Positions 1 to 11,689 of a stretch of 64,000 nucleotides of DNA are shown one piece after another; within the stretch, counting starts at the first letter, position 1, and every line of letters begins with the position of its first letter. This stretch comes from Haplodiscus bocki. Its lineage: Eukaryota. A program made the translations under genes and the position numbers. The stretch lies in contig OZ296649.1 in the NCBI GenBank assembly GCA_965655095.1, positions 806,001-870,000 on the forward strand, given 5' to 3'. The notes beneath the pieces were generated by a model, which was given only the letters and a program-made list of their open reading frames with translations, searched no databases and was not told the DNA's origin.

Positions 1-59
1 TCTGTTATAGTATTGAAACGTCGGTCACATCTCCAGGAGTTTTTTAAGGAAGCTAGCCA

Positions 60-1290
60 ACTACAATCAGAAAAATTATTAAATACCAAGAAAATGTAAT
101 GGAGACCTTTTGTGTTCTGTAAACCATAATCAATGAGATTTATTCTATCAAAGCATCCTGTACCCACAAAACCCTTTACCGTTGTTTTGTTTGTTGGATT
201 ATTCATTTTGGAACGGTTAGCTATACTTTCATGTGGAAATTTTTTCTCTTTTAGCTGTAGATTTCACCAGTTGGGGTGACTAGAAACAAATTGCAAAACG
301 CATGAAACAGTGACCTATAATTTTTTGTGGTAGATGAAATTGATTTTTTAAATCATTTTTGTTGGTTGTTTTTCGTGAAGTTTTCTCTTTGCTAGCGTCT
401 GGTTCAAAATCATCCGATTAAAACATTATCTTACCTCGCTCTCATCTAAAAGACTAGATTGAATGCGGTGCTCTTTTTTGTGATCAACATAGGTTTTAGT
501 GGCTGACTTGAAAATAACTTTTCCATGAACGGTATTGAATAGTACTGAATTTATGTGTGAATCCTGAAATATCTTTGGATCCTTTCTTGTCTCACTACAA
601 TACTGTGATGAATTTGATCCTCTACAGAACCGTTTATTGCGGAGAATACCTGTTAGAAGTGTTCAGAACAGAATGGTATTCCAACGCCGGCCAAAGCAGT
701 CTAAAGGTGTTTTGACACCGGTCGGTTTTTAAATATACCTACGTATTGTTTTGTTTTCAATTGCATATTTGATGCGAAATTGAGAATTTGAGAAGTTGTA
801 AATGTGTTATCATTCAAGTTTTTGTTTTCGTTGTTCCAAACTGAAGTTACAACGTCTTAGTCATTGACAGAAACGTACCCAAAATCAACAAATTGTTTGT
901 GTCATCATTTGCATATTTGATGTAAGATCAAAATCAATACAATTACCATCGAAATTATGTTACCTTTGGATTTATTATTTTTGTTGGTTTTCACTGAATT
1001 TGAGCAATCCGGATCAGAAGTAGAAACAAAGTTTTTTTCAACATAATCCTTTGTAGTTTTGTCTGTGAGGTCATTTGATAGGAGTAGATTTGTTACCGTC
1101 CCTTAATAGCTCCGTCTTCTCCGAGTTTACTCTCAAGGTAAATTGCTCTGAGATAGGTTCGTGGTACTTGTCTTTTGAACTCTCTTACATCAGTTTATGT
1201 TTGGTTGATATCTCTACCAAAACATCAGTCGTTTGTCCTGAGTCAAAATTGTATATTCGGAACAACTTTCTGGAAATCTAAACAGTAAAG
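60..1290 (-). pseudogene. Possible highly degenerate Gypsy-type integrase/pol C-terminal relic
   Basis: Minus-strand translation near 670-770 gives KPTGVKTPLDCFGRRWNT, resembling the TGxTPxExxFGR motif after the integrase core; many stops and frameshifts. Confidence 0.25.
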
Positions 1291-2519
1291 GTGTATAGGA
1301 GTATTGGGAGAGTTAGTTGGGTGGAGGGATGGTGGGCAGGGTTGGAAAACCCTCCATTTTTTTAAGATTGAGATAGATCTTCTAATCCCAAGTTGAGTCG
1401 TGAACCTAGGTTTTAAGATTGTGTCGCAGTATAACCGCGAAGCCTACGTACATTAAGAAAGAAAAGGACATTCCCAGATTGTCTGAAATTTTGAAGAAAC
1501 TTTATCAATACTTTAGACTTTTCTATTTCCATTCACATAACAATATTGCAGTAATTTCATTGCTTTTACATGTAGTGGATACGTATCAAACACATACCAC
1601 TCCCCAGTATATTTTCATACAAATTCTACGTATTTATACGTAGCACTCCGTAACCAGATTGGCACGTAACGAGCACGTGCCTACCTAGCAGCTTTTTGTT
1701 ACGTGCGCGGTACGTGGCCACCGATCTGGTGACGTCACTAAACTCTCAGCCAATCCGCTGTGCTTTTGCACTGTTTCACTTTGGTCGGCCACGTGCGTCT
1801 ACGTGCCCACCAGATTCATTCTCCTCAGTAGTACTGCGGAAGGCAGTGCTACAAGCGGCACGTAGCCGCCACGTGCCACCACGGCCAAAGTGTGCCGTAA
1901 GCTAGTAAAAACGTGGAACGGGCTAGGAAAACGCCTAGTTTCGTTCCGAAAGTGGATTAAATCGATGCAGTAGTATTATGAAGCATGTAATTATGATTTC
2001 CCCTGATTATTTTAGTGTATTTTATTTAATTTTGGTGCATTTTTCAATACTTTCCTCTTATGGGAAATCTTTTTGATTACTTGTTTATGTTATTATTTAT
2101 TTTATCGGCGCGGGAATAATCACTTTGATATCCATTTCCGACTGATCAGACACGTATATTTTCCGTCGAAAGATGGAAAAGACGCGGTTTGTAAAGGAAG
2201 AAATGGAGGGAAAGTTGTTTATTTCCCGCCAGAGTCGGCATATTTCCTTTGTAATTATTATGATCAAAGTACTTTTCCCTACTTTGTACCTTTACTTGGC
2301 GTGTAAACAATTATGTTTCCCGCCAAGGAAAACGTATAAATAGGAGAAACGAAAGTACTAAAGGGGGAGAACCTAAATATAACTTTGATTATCAGTTGAC
2401 TGTACTGATTGCAACTAGTTGTTTATTTTAAAGAATAACATTTTTGTTATAAACTCAACTTGACTAACAAATAAAAACTAATTCAGTCTTCATAACTGCG
2501 TGGCATTTTCTCTTCAAAA

Positions 2520-3103
2520 ATGGCAGCGTTGAGAAACAAACGAAAGTTGGCAGCCGTTACAAGAGAAACACAAGAACAAGTTTGTTCCACGTAGCGCGCA
2601 CGTAGACGCTCCCTACAAGTGTGTTCCACGTAGCGCGCACATAGACGCTCCCTACAAGTGTGTTCACGTAGTGCGCACGTAGACGCTTCCTACAAGTGTG
2701 TTCACGTAGCGCGCATGTAGACGCTCCCTAAAATTCAAAGAAACGCTGTACGTGGAGGAACATCCTAGGAACGGCCAGTCACGAAACACGTCCGTTCCTA
2801 GAATTAAGGAGGAATATATCACACAAGTTTCTGAGGAGATTGAAGGCAGAGTCACTAAAAAACTGTCCCAGGAGTTCAGCAGGACAAAGTCCCACATTTT
2901 GGGTGCTCTGTCCAAATTAGAAGAATTTCTCTTGAACCCACAGATAACGACGCATTCCAAAACCGTTCCGGGAACATTCCGGAACACAAACGTGGAAAAC
3001 CAGGGAACGAATGAGGACGACTCCCAGAGTGACCCTCATCCTGAAGCAGGCATCTTCCGCGGCCAGACTACACAAAACTCTGGCCCAAAAGATTGTCGTG
3101 ACA
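2520..3103 (+). pseudogene. ORF inside the LTR, probably the Gag N-terminus (MAALRNKRKLAAVTRETQE...EEHPRNGQSRNT...EEIEGRVTKKLSQEFSRTKSHILGALSKLEEFLLNP)
   Basis: ATG at 2520, interrupted by a minisatellite insert; ORF 2752-3108 is homologous to the minus-strand ORF 58483-58842; homology stops at the LTR-terminal CA in both copies. Confidence 0.55.
2583..2730 (+). repeat. 38-39-bp minisatellite, ~3.8 copies (TGTTCCACGTAGCGCGCACGTAGACGCTCCCTACAAGTG)
   Basis: Units start at 2583, 2622, 2661 and 2699; absent from the second LTR. Confidence 0.95.
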
Positions 3104-3599
3104 GATAGGCTGTAGTTCGGCAATGTTTTCAGATAAGGTATGGGTTCGTGTGTCGGCGAAAAGCGAAATAATGTTTTAAGACATGGGGTCAGACTCAATT
3201 TAATAGGAGAGGGGGCCCGAGCCAAAGAGTTAGGGTATGCAATGTGCTAACGTAGGTAATCAAATTTTGTCCGAATTAGGTAACGTTTTAAAATAGGGAG
3301 CCGATTCAATATTCAACGATGCTGTTTAAAAAAACTGTGGAAGTTTTTCGTGAAAAAAATTTTGAACTTGTTTTCAGGTGCACGTCGTTACTTCATGACG
3401 TAGGTGGAGGAGTAGTGACTTCGGCGGAATATTTTAGATGCCAGCAGTTAAATATTACGACTGCGGATAGTTCTGTGACTTGATGCTCTCTAAAACGTTT
3501 GCAAAAAAGTTCAAAGAAAACGATTAGAGAGTAAATATGGAAACAAAACCTTTAGTTTATGTTACTCACGAATACTGAAGCATTAAAATAAAATGAGTT

Positions 3600-4232
3600 T
3601 TTTAATTTTGACAGGAGGAGTGTGTATTGCATCTTGTTGAAGTTTTCTTTTGGGATAAACGCACAACAAATCCTAATTTGTCTGTTCGCATGTGACAAGA
3701 GTATGTGGTATTGGGCTAAAATCTCTTTTTATTGACGTTACAATAACATGCTTTTTCGAACTTTTGAGATACTTGGTCATCGGACCATCACCACAGTCAG
3801 CAAGCTTTTGTTTTTGTTCAATCATTTGCTGCGATTTCTGAATATTTCTGATTGGGTGTCATGGCAACATTATGTTTTTAGACAGACAAGGTATTTTTGT
3901 GCAGCGGAAACTTTCTTTGAGGAGGTTAGGTTCCCCCTTATTGTGTTTCCTATGCCTTGTGCAGAAAGTAGGAGGCAACAATTTTGTTGTTGAGTTGGCT
4001 TAAAAATCATTCGTACAGTCATCGCATCGCAAAAAAAATCCGTTCTTTATTGATTGCTGGTCGGATGCAACGATATAAGTATTAATCGGATAATGCTAAA
4101 TAGAGCGAGTCTCTGCCCATCTTCAGCTCTTTAAACTTTGCAACATCGGCAAGTTTGTCTAAAAAATTGTGAAAAAGCTCTAACATTCTGTAGTTTGCGC
4201 AATATGCGGTGCACAATCCCACAATTTTTATT
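3600..4232 (-). pseudogene. Maverick/Polinton protein-primed DNA polymerase B, C-terminal fragment (copy A)
   Basis: Frameshifted minus-strand translation: KFKELKMGRDSLYLALS (motif C, DTDS-like), LLKESFRCTKIPCLSKT, and terminal YPKRKLQQDAIHTPP; collinear with the end of copy B at 34090-34700. Confidence 0.8.
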
Positions 4233-4234
4233 TT

Positions 4235-6955
4235 CCTTCCAGAAAGTTGTCGTCGAGGGGAAATTATTCAATTCAGTAGTCGATATCGGACTTCTCTTCT
4301 TTGTACTGAAAATGCCTATGAGGAGCAGAATTTATTGCAGAGCCGTAAGTTCCTTGATTATTACAATTGAGGGGCGTCAACACGGTTAAGAAGCCAAAGA
4401 TAGCCTGTTCGGATCGCGTTATCCACCACATTGTTTACCTTTTTATAAGGTACTCGTTCAAGCATTCTCAGTTTTTAATGCAAAAAACAGTGTTTTTCCG
4501 ACAAATGTTAGGTTTTTTTCTAAGTGGGCTCATTTTTCTGGAATTTTGTACATTTTTCAAATTAAATGAATCAAATCAGCGGTTCTCAACATTTTTAAGG
4601 AAACTGGGAAAAAACATCTTGATTTTCCACAAAAGACAAAAAACTCGAAAGTCAATGAATCGGTCGAAAAATTCGACTAAAGTTGTAAACATTTGAACGT
4701 TCTTTTTCAGTTGCTAGGGATAAGTTCTTTCTCACCAGCCTATTTTCTCCAGGTTCAAACGATAATTCGTTATTTCGAAAAGATTTCCTCTAGAACATAT
4801 CGTTCTGTGATCCCCAGACTGAGAGAATGCCGAAAAGCGCAATTAAAATTGAATTTTCTCACTTTTAGTTAAAAATACAAAGCTGATTTTTCAAAATTAG
4901 GTCTCAATCGGAATCGTTCTACTTGTGGAAAAAAACTGTTTAGAAGAGTCGGTGGTTTTTTGTCATGAGTCACAACCCGCATAGTCCAAAACTCAAACGC
5001 GCAATCATTATTGATTTAATTCGTTCTTCAAACTGACTTTTCGGAGCAACCACATGTTTGATTTCAACAGTCAAAATCTCACTTAGAAGCTTTACTCCTT
5101 TGGAGGAGGATTCAAATGAGAAACCATTGCGATTAAACCATGCATCAAAAAATTGATAGTCCTAACTTTCCTGTAAATTGTTTTTGAAAACAATTCATCT
5201 CGATTAATGAAATGGTGTTTCTCCAAGACAACCGGTATGATCTACTTCATGAGAGTCACAATCAGTAACATTACTTTTGGAAAAAAACGATTCGATTCAA
5301 TTTTCAATCAACTGGTTTTTTCCATCAAAGTACGGTCAATCCCAAGAATCGAAAGATGTTTTTTTTAAATAAGTCGAATTTCAGACTTATAATTCTGAGT
5401 GACTACATGTTTAGTTTCTTCCAGCAAGTTCTGAATCGAAAACTTGAAACATGTTAAGTAGTGTTCAATTAGAAAAGAGTTCATGCTTAATCTTCTCTCA
5501 GAATTTTGATAGTCCGAATGTTCAATTTTTGCTAATGATTTTGATTCATGTCCATGTTCAATGTTAATTTTCTCTGTAACAGCAGGCGTTTTTTCCGTGA
5601 AGGTCTCAAACGAACTTTTTTCACTTGTGGCGGAGATTTAGATTGAAAACTTGGGTGCTCCTTGAAATAGAAATCTGATAATTTCAAAAAGTCCATAAAG
5701 CGCGAATAGTTTTGATTCAACAAGAGCTACAAACTGTTTTTTCTCTGTAGCTACCAGTGTAATTTCGTTCATGGAAATCTAAATTGGCAGACCTTCAGTT
5801 GCAGAGGTTATTTGACCCTTAAAAGCAATTTTTTTCTTGTTTCTTTTGGAAGTTGTTCAGATCAGGTATGCCAAACAACTGATAACTATTTTGACAGTTT
5901 TAAATCAGTTCCAACACTTTGTTCTTCATAATCACTGAGTCAAATTTTAGCTGCATGATTTCATTTTTTTGTTCTTTTGTAGCAAACGAGGTTTGATCAT
6001 TATTGAATTCGTTCCTTCCGTTGCAAACCTAATGGTTCGAGAATGCGAGAAAAGCTCCCAATATTGAAAGATATCTTCATTCAAACTCGTGTACCTCCAC
6101 AATTACACGCTTGAGTTATTCAACCAAAGCAGAAAAGTCTCTATTCTTGAAGGAAAACTTCGTTAAAACACTATCAACTGTGATCCTGCATTGAATTCGC
6201 GGAACTCAAATCGCCAGAAGTTCTTATATTCTGATAAATTGGACTCACCCTGATTTTCATACTCGTTTTTTGTCCAAAAACGCTGACTTAAAATCTTTGT
6301 TCATGGTCTCCATTCTTAGTTTTCTACTTGTGCCGGGGTATTTCATTAACAAGTCTTACTTTTGATCCATTCAGTGGAATTTTGAGTCATCAGAAATGAC
6401 ATGTGTTGCTGTCAGTCTTGGCATGACTCGATAATCTATCTCATTTTTGATCAATTCCGCCTCCCTCTTTTTTCTTTCAAAGTGTCAATCGATAACTTTT
6501 CTTTGGAACAGACTTTTCATTGCTAAAAATCATAAAATTTGATTTTTACATCGGACGTGGAGACCTGATTGACCAAAATTAACAAAATTTCTATTAGTGT
6601 TGCATTATCTTGACATTCCAACTCGACATTCTCAAGAACAACATTTTTCATTTCGTCTATCAAAGTCTGAAATGAAAGACATCTTTTTGATTATTTCTTA
6701 CGTTGAAAAACTTCTAACTATGTCACTTTATGTGGAGCGTTGACACGCTGAATACAAAAAGGTTCAACTCTTGTTCATAGTATGTCGATTCTCAAGCTGA
6801 TTAATCTCTGAAGCAATCAACCTAAGTTATCCTAGGGAGATCCCCATCGAAATGCTTCCGGTCAATTCTGGCTCCTTTATAAAAACGCTTTGTTGTTTGT
6901 TGAACCAAGTTTTTATCATCCACATTGACGGAACATTTCGCAGTGCGACTGGGCC
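4235..6955. other. ~2.7-kb unassigned degenerate insert splitting pPolB copy A
   Basis: The pPolB reading stops after ...EVEFVKSELGHKE (~6960) and resumes at ..IVG.. (~4228); in copy B these two segments are adjacent (EPIIAGF, ~34690-34720). Confidence 0.5.
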
Positions 6956-6957
6956 TC

Positions 6958-7955
6958 TTGTTCGTTCTTTGTGACCAAGTTCTGACTTCACAAATTCTAC
7001 TTCTTACAGTTTATCGCTTATGCGACCCACGTTCCTAAATTTTGTAATTGATTGATTAATCTGTTTTTTCATCACTGAGATACTTCATGACTGTATGTCG
7101 ACCCCGGTCCGTAACCTGGTAACTATAAAAACTGTTAACTAATAATTTTTGTCTCAGCCACAATACTAGAGATTGGACTTTTGTCGCTTGCCCTCGCTTC
7201 TAGCGTTCACTGCAGAGTCAGCAAAGTTGTTCAAACATTTCATTGGACTACACTGCTCAAACCGATAAAAGCTTCTTGCGAACAAACCCCAAATTCAAAT
7301 GAGAAACCAACAACGGTGTAATGATTGTTCTCTTTTCCAAGGAAGAGCTTGAAATTAGCTTTCTTCGTTTTTGAGTCAAATGTTGTTCCTGCTTGAGATA
7401 TTCTTTCATAAGCTGTCTATCATCGTCTCTGACAACATTAAAGTTTATGAATACTAAGGAACAATTGCAAAATTTACCCGGAATTTCTCTGGTACTTCAC
7501 TTTGGCATAGATCATAACGAAAGAGACTTCCACTTTTTATATTTTCCGGTTGTCTATCTTCACTGGGTGACATTACGTATGGGAGAGAGTCACGCAGATG
7601 CCTCTTAACAATACTATTTGTCTTGTCTTTTTTTCCACTAAACATATTTGCACAACTTCATGACGTTAAATACCTTTTTTCCTATAAAGTGATTTCCCAG
7701 TTAGTGAAACTCTCTCTTTTTACAGCTCCCTCTCAGTTTTTTTGTCAGCGAGGAAAAGATGATCTTCTTGAGAAGGAAAAATGGGAAATTAGCATCCCAT
7801 TGCTTAACACATTGTTTTGCAGGGTCCAGAAAAGCCTTCAAAACCATCAACATCATTTTTTTTGGGTAAGCTTTTCGTGTAGACACTTTCCACTTTACAA
7901 TGAGGTCTGACTCTTTGAAAGTATGACATGACCATTTTCCATCCATTCATCTCGA
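6958..7955 (-). pseudogene. pPolB copy A, middle fragment (nuclease-like insert domain through motif B)
   Basis: Reads MVMSYFQRVRP, KRHLRDSLPY..NIKSGSLFRY, then after frameshifts IVAET/KLLVNSFYSYQVTDRGRHT (motif B, K-x3-NS-x-YG-like). Confidence 0.8.
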
Positions 7956-7959
7956 AAGT

Positions 7960-8928
7960 TTGCAAGATCACTCCCGCCAATTTAATTCAAAAACAGATTG
8001 AATGTTCTAGAAGTCTCTCTTCTTTAGTCTCTCATTTCTAAGCAAATGCAAAGGCAGAGCTCTAAAGAGACATAAATTATAAGTTTATGGTTTTTGGGCA
8101 TTCTTCCTGAAATTTAGGCATTTGGAAGGATGACTGTTTACTTGGAGATCTGGTAGTACAGCGCTTTTGCAACCCATGGGAGCTTCTTTGAATAATACTG
8201 CATGAAACAGAAGACTGGTTAGCTTGTAGATCTTCTACTATGTATTTGCTTGTTCTCTTGAGCGCGGTTCAATGGCATCGGTGTTACTCAGTAGACTATT
8301 GTTTTCTATTAAAGCCCTGAGTGTACATCGTTTCAACGGTGTAATATTTTTTTGTGCATGATATAACTGGAAACTCCTCTTTTCTACGTTTGCAGGAACA
8401 ACCTCGAATCTTACATTCATCTAATCTGCACCTCTGAGGTTTTCTCAAACAGTATTTAGCTTTGCAACAAAAGTTTCGGGCCTAGAGTGTCCATAGCCGA
8501 GGTAATGTCTCTGTGTCGCCCATTCTTTTTCTCCTGTTCCAACAAGAAGTGCCTGGAACTTTGTAGTTCCCCTCTTCAGCTATTGCCATTAGTGGTTTCC
8601 ATTAGTGGTGTGACATTGACATTTTGTGCTCCCGATACTATCTGTGCTCAATGTTCCTTCCGCTTAAGTTTTTGCAATGAGTAAAAGCTGTGACAGCCTC
8701 AACCGCAACCGTTGCATAAAAAAAACAAACTCTAGCAGTTGTTGCAGAGTGGTTTTTGATAATGTAAAACTTCGTCTCGGCTCGGGAATTTGTTGAAACA
8801 TTGGCACCAGGAGGATATGTGATAGTTGCAGCAAAAAATCTTGTTTTGTGATTTCCAAGAATTTGGCGTGTAGTTTGGGTACCACAATTCTGACAAAACA
8901 CCTTTTCGTTGCGATTGAAGGAAGGCAT
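7960..8928 (-). pseudogene. pPolB N-terminal region with Cys/His zinc-finger-like start
   Basis: ORF 8638-8928 MPSFNRNEKVFCQNCGTQTT..., then FQLYHAQKN and LCLFRALPLHL; the start is homologous to 36800-36960, at the 5' end of the copy B polymerase. Confidence 0.65.
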
Positions 8929-8999
8929 TTTAGTACCAACAAACGTTCAAATTGAAGCAACTTGACTGTAATTATGTAAAAAAATTGTTGGTTAAAAGT

Positions 9000-11600
9000 A
9001 TGTAGCAGGCGTTGCTCATCAAGTCACGCCTTATTTGGGAAGAGCATGATAGGGGAAACTAGTCCCAAAACCAAAAAATAATCTTTCAAGCAACGTTTGA
9101 ATTCAAAAATCAAAAGATCCTGTTGGTAATTTTAACACGAACTACGTCAGGTTTTTCTCGATCAGTCGTTAGAGCCATTTCTTGGTTTGCTTTTCTTCGT
9201 CCACAAATATTTTCGTTGAATCAAGGATTTACTCCTTTTACCTACTATGATACATGGAAAGACAAAAACGTTGAAGCGACCCGGTTGGTACCCCAAAATT
9301 GAAACACAACTGAGAATATGAAACAAACAACGTGGGATTGTTCTGTATGAATCGAAAGAGCCCCCATTTTTGTCTTCATTTTCTGCCTGACGAAATCAAT
9401 GAAATTGAATCTGAAACAAGATATGCTCCATCTGACAAAATCAATCAACTGGAACATTAATCTTGGGTTACGGTGACAGATTGTCTATGATGATCACGCA
9501 AGTGGACCAATTTGCTTTGATAAGCGGAAAGGTTGTCTGGGAAACTTTTTTGGTTATCATTTTTATTTGGTTTCAACTGTCAGTAAAAAAAACTCTCAGA
9601 ATGAAAACAAAAAGTGACGTTTGCACAAAATTGGGCCCTGTAGGTGTTAGAAGATTCCGATTCATGGAATTGTCGCTATGGGGTATAAGTTCTTCTGATG
9701 ACCTGGTGAACATTTTCAAATACAAAACCACAGTCTCACAATTTACTCTAAAAAGTGAGATGTTCAAAAGTGACTGGTCAAAAAAACTCTGTAATTGGTG
9801 AGAAATGAAGTCTTTGACGAACCGCATCGCCTTTACCGCTACGCCGCTGATAGAAACGTTATAGCCGAGTTAAAACAGTTGATGTCTGTCAAAAGGTAAA
9901 TTCCCCGTTTTTGCAGTATGTAATCCTTCTTTAAAGAAAAACCATAAAACTTTTTAGACGTTGCAGACGTGGGTAATTATTTTTACCACAACATGTTTGA
10001 CTTTTCCCAGTCCCAGAATCGAGTTGCACGAGTTAGCAAAGTCTCTAGAAAAAGTCTTTTGCGAGAAATAAATTTCTTTTTTCCGATTTGAAGAAAAAGC
10101 AACGTTATATTCTCGAAGAGGATGTGAAAATTTCCAAGATAGAACTGGGTTCTTTGGTCAACAGTTTGTGCGGTTTTCTCAGAAGTTTTGATGAAGCGAG
10201 CAAGTGTTTACACATTCCATTACCGTTAGCCTAAAATTAAGATCGTATCATCGACGTCAAATGGCACTCTCTTCAATTTTTACTCTAAAGGCGTCATTGA
10301 ACATACAAATAGACAAAATCATTCATCGTTTCGATTAGGAAACAACAAATCTTGCATCTTCCAGATCAAAAATTCCAACTTTACAAAACTCAGTTCTTAC
10401 TTCTAGAAAATACTGACCTTAACCACTTCGAAATTTGCCATGTCCACAGGAACCGATATCAAGTTTGAAATATTTGAGAGCAATTGCGATGTGTAGCACA
10501 ATCAGCCCGGTTTGTAGGTAAAATAAAAGCGATAATAGCAATTTTTATATAGTCCGGAAAAAGGTGTTTTGAGAAACTTTGTGAGCACGAAAAGACATTT
10601 CAATCATTCGAGAGAACTGATTATCAAAGTCCTCAATGCACGTCATTATGTCAGGTTCGCAAATAGTTTTTCAAAGAATAAACAAATTTGTTTTTCCTGC
10701 GGTGTAACCAGGGGTTTACATCTTTGGAGAGGTGGGAAAATGAAAACAAGAGGTCACTGCAGGTGTCTTTTGTCCTGGCAGAAATTGGTGCAGAAAAAAT
10801 CCTTAACGGTCAAGTAACTACTCTCATTTGTGTTTGTGGAAATTGTGGATCCTAGTCGCTTGTTCACAAAAGTGCTTTGACTTTACAAGAAAACGTAAAA
10901 ATGACAAAAACGAAAACACGTTTTTTAACCAAAAAGTTGAAATTAATACCTGGAAAGCAAAAGTTTACCATTGTATCACTGTATCACAAAAAACCGTTAA
11001 AAATGTGTGTGGACATCATAGTACAAGAGATTATTGGAGATTTGTGTTGTGCTATATGGTAAAGCGAAAAATGTACTTACCTTTCAACCGCAAGTACTTC
11101 TAATTTCTACGACTGTAAAAAATGCGAAGCCTGCGGTCAGGTGTCTAATGTTCCATTCAAGGAACAAAAGCTGATACTGACTTTTTTGGTGGAGATGGTA
11201 CCCATGGCTTTGCAAAAAAGATGAGTGGTGTCTATGAAGCAGCATAATCGTGAGTTTTGCTACAATAGTGTGTGTGCCGATTATATTCAGCCACCTCTGA
11301 ACCTGCATTAAAGAAGGCCAAAATTGTTCGATTTGTGGCATAATCGTGTCGACTTTTCATTGACTGATAAATGCAAACGAACTTTCATTACCAACTCAAA
11401 ACAATTTCAAGCTAGAAAAAACTACTATGACTTTCTCAATCTCTAACAACAGAAACCAACATCCTCTTGGTTTTGGAGCAGATTCTGTGACATTGAACGT
11501 GCAAGATTTTGTCCAAATCATGACAATCAACTCACATGAAAAGACCCATGCTGCGTGGCAATTGCATTTTTAGCAGATACAAGAATTTTTAGAGAGCCTC
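9000..11600. mobile_element. Maverick small-ORF cluster upstream of pPolB (copy A), degenerate
   Basis: Collinear nucleotide homology to 37000-39530, e.g. ggttctttggtcaacagtttg at ~10148 and ~38035. Confidence 0.7.
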
Positions 11601-11689
11601 TTAGCTAGGGATCCAATAATCCCAATCAGCAAGAGACTATGGATATGCGGGTTGAATTACTTTCAAGTGTAGGCGCACAGAAAACAAAA

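Larger units (their letters stand above)
1422..3103 (+). mobile_element. Solo LTR of a Gypsy-like retrotransposon (1682 bp)
   Basis: TGTCGCAG...GTGACA termini; flanks GATTG (1417-1421) and GATAG (3104-3108) form a 4/5 TSD; homologous in several blocks to the inverted LTR at 58602-60516, which has the same TGTCGCAG 5' end next to a PPT. Confidence 0.8.
1335..3325 (+). mobile_element. Short copy of the 28-bp-satellite-carrying element, interrupted by a solo LTR
   Basis: 1338-1375 (gggttggaaaaccctccatttttttaagattgagatag) resembles the reverse complement of the head at 53540-53578 (ggggcggtataccctccatgtattaagataggctatag). Removing the LTR restores the monomer ttttaa|gataggctgtagttcggcaatg. Confidence 0.55.
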
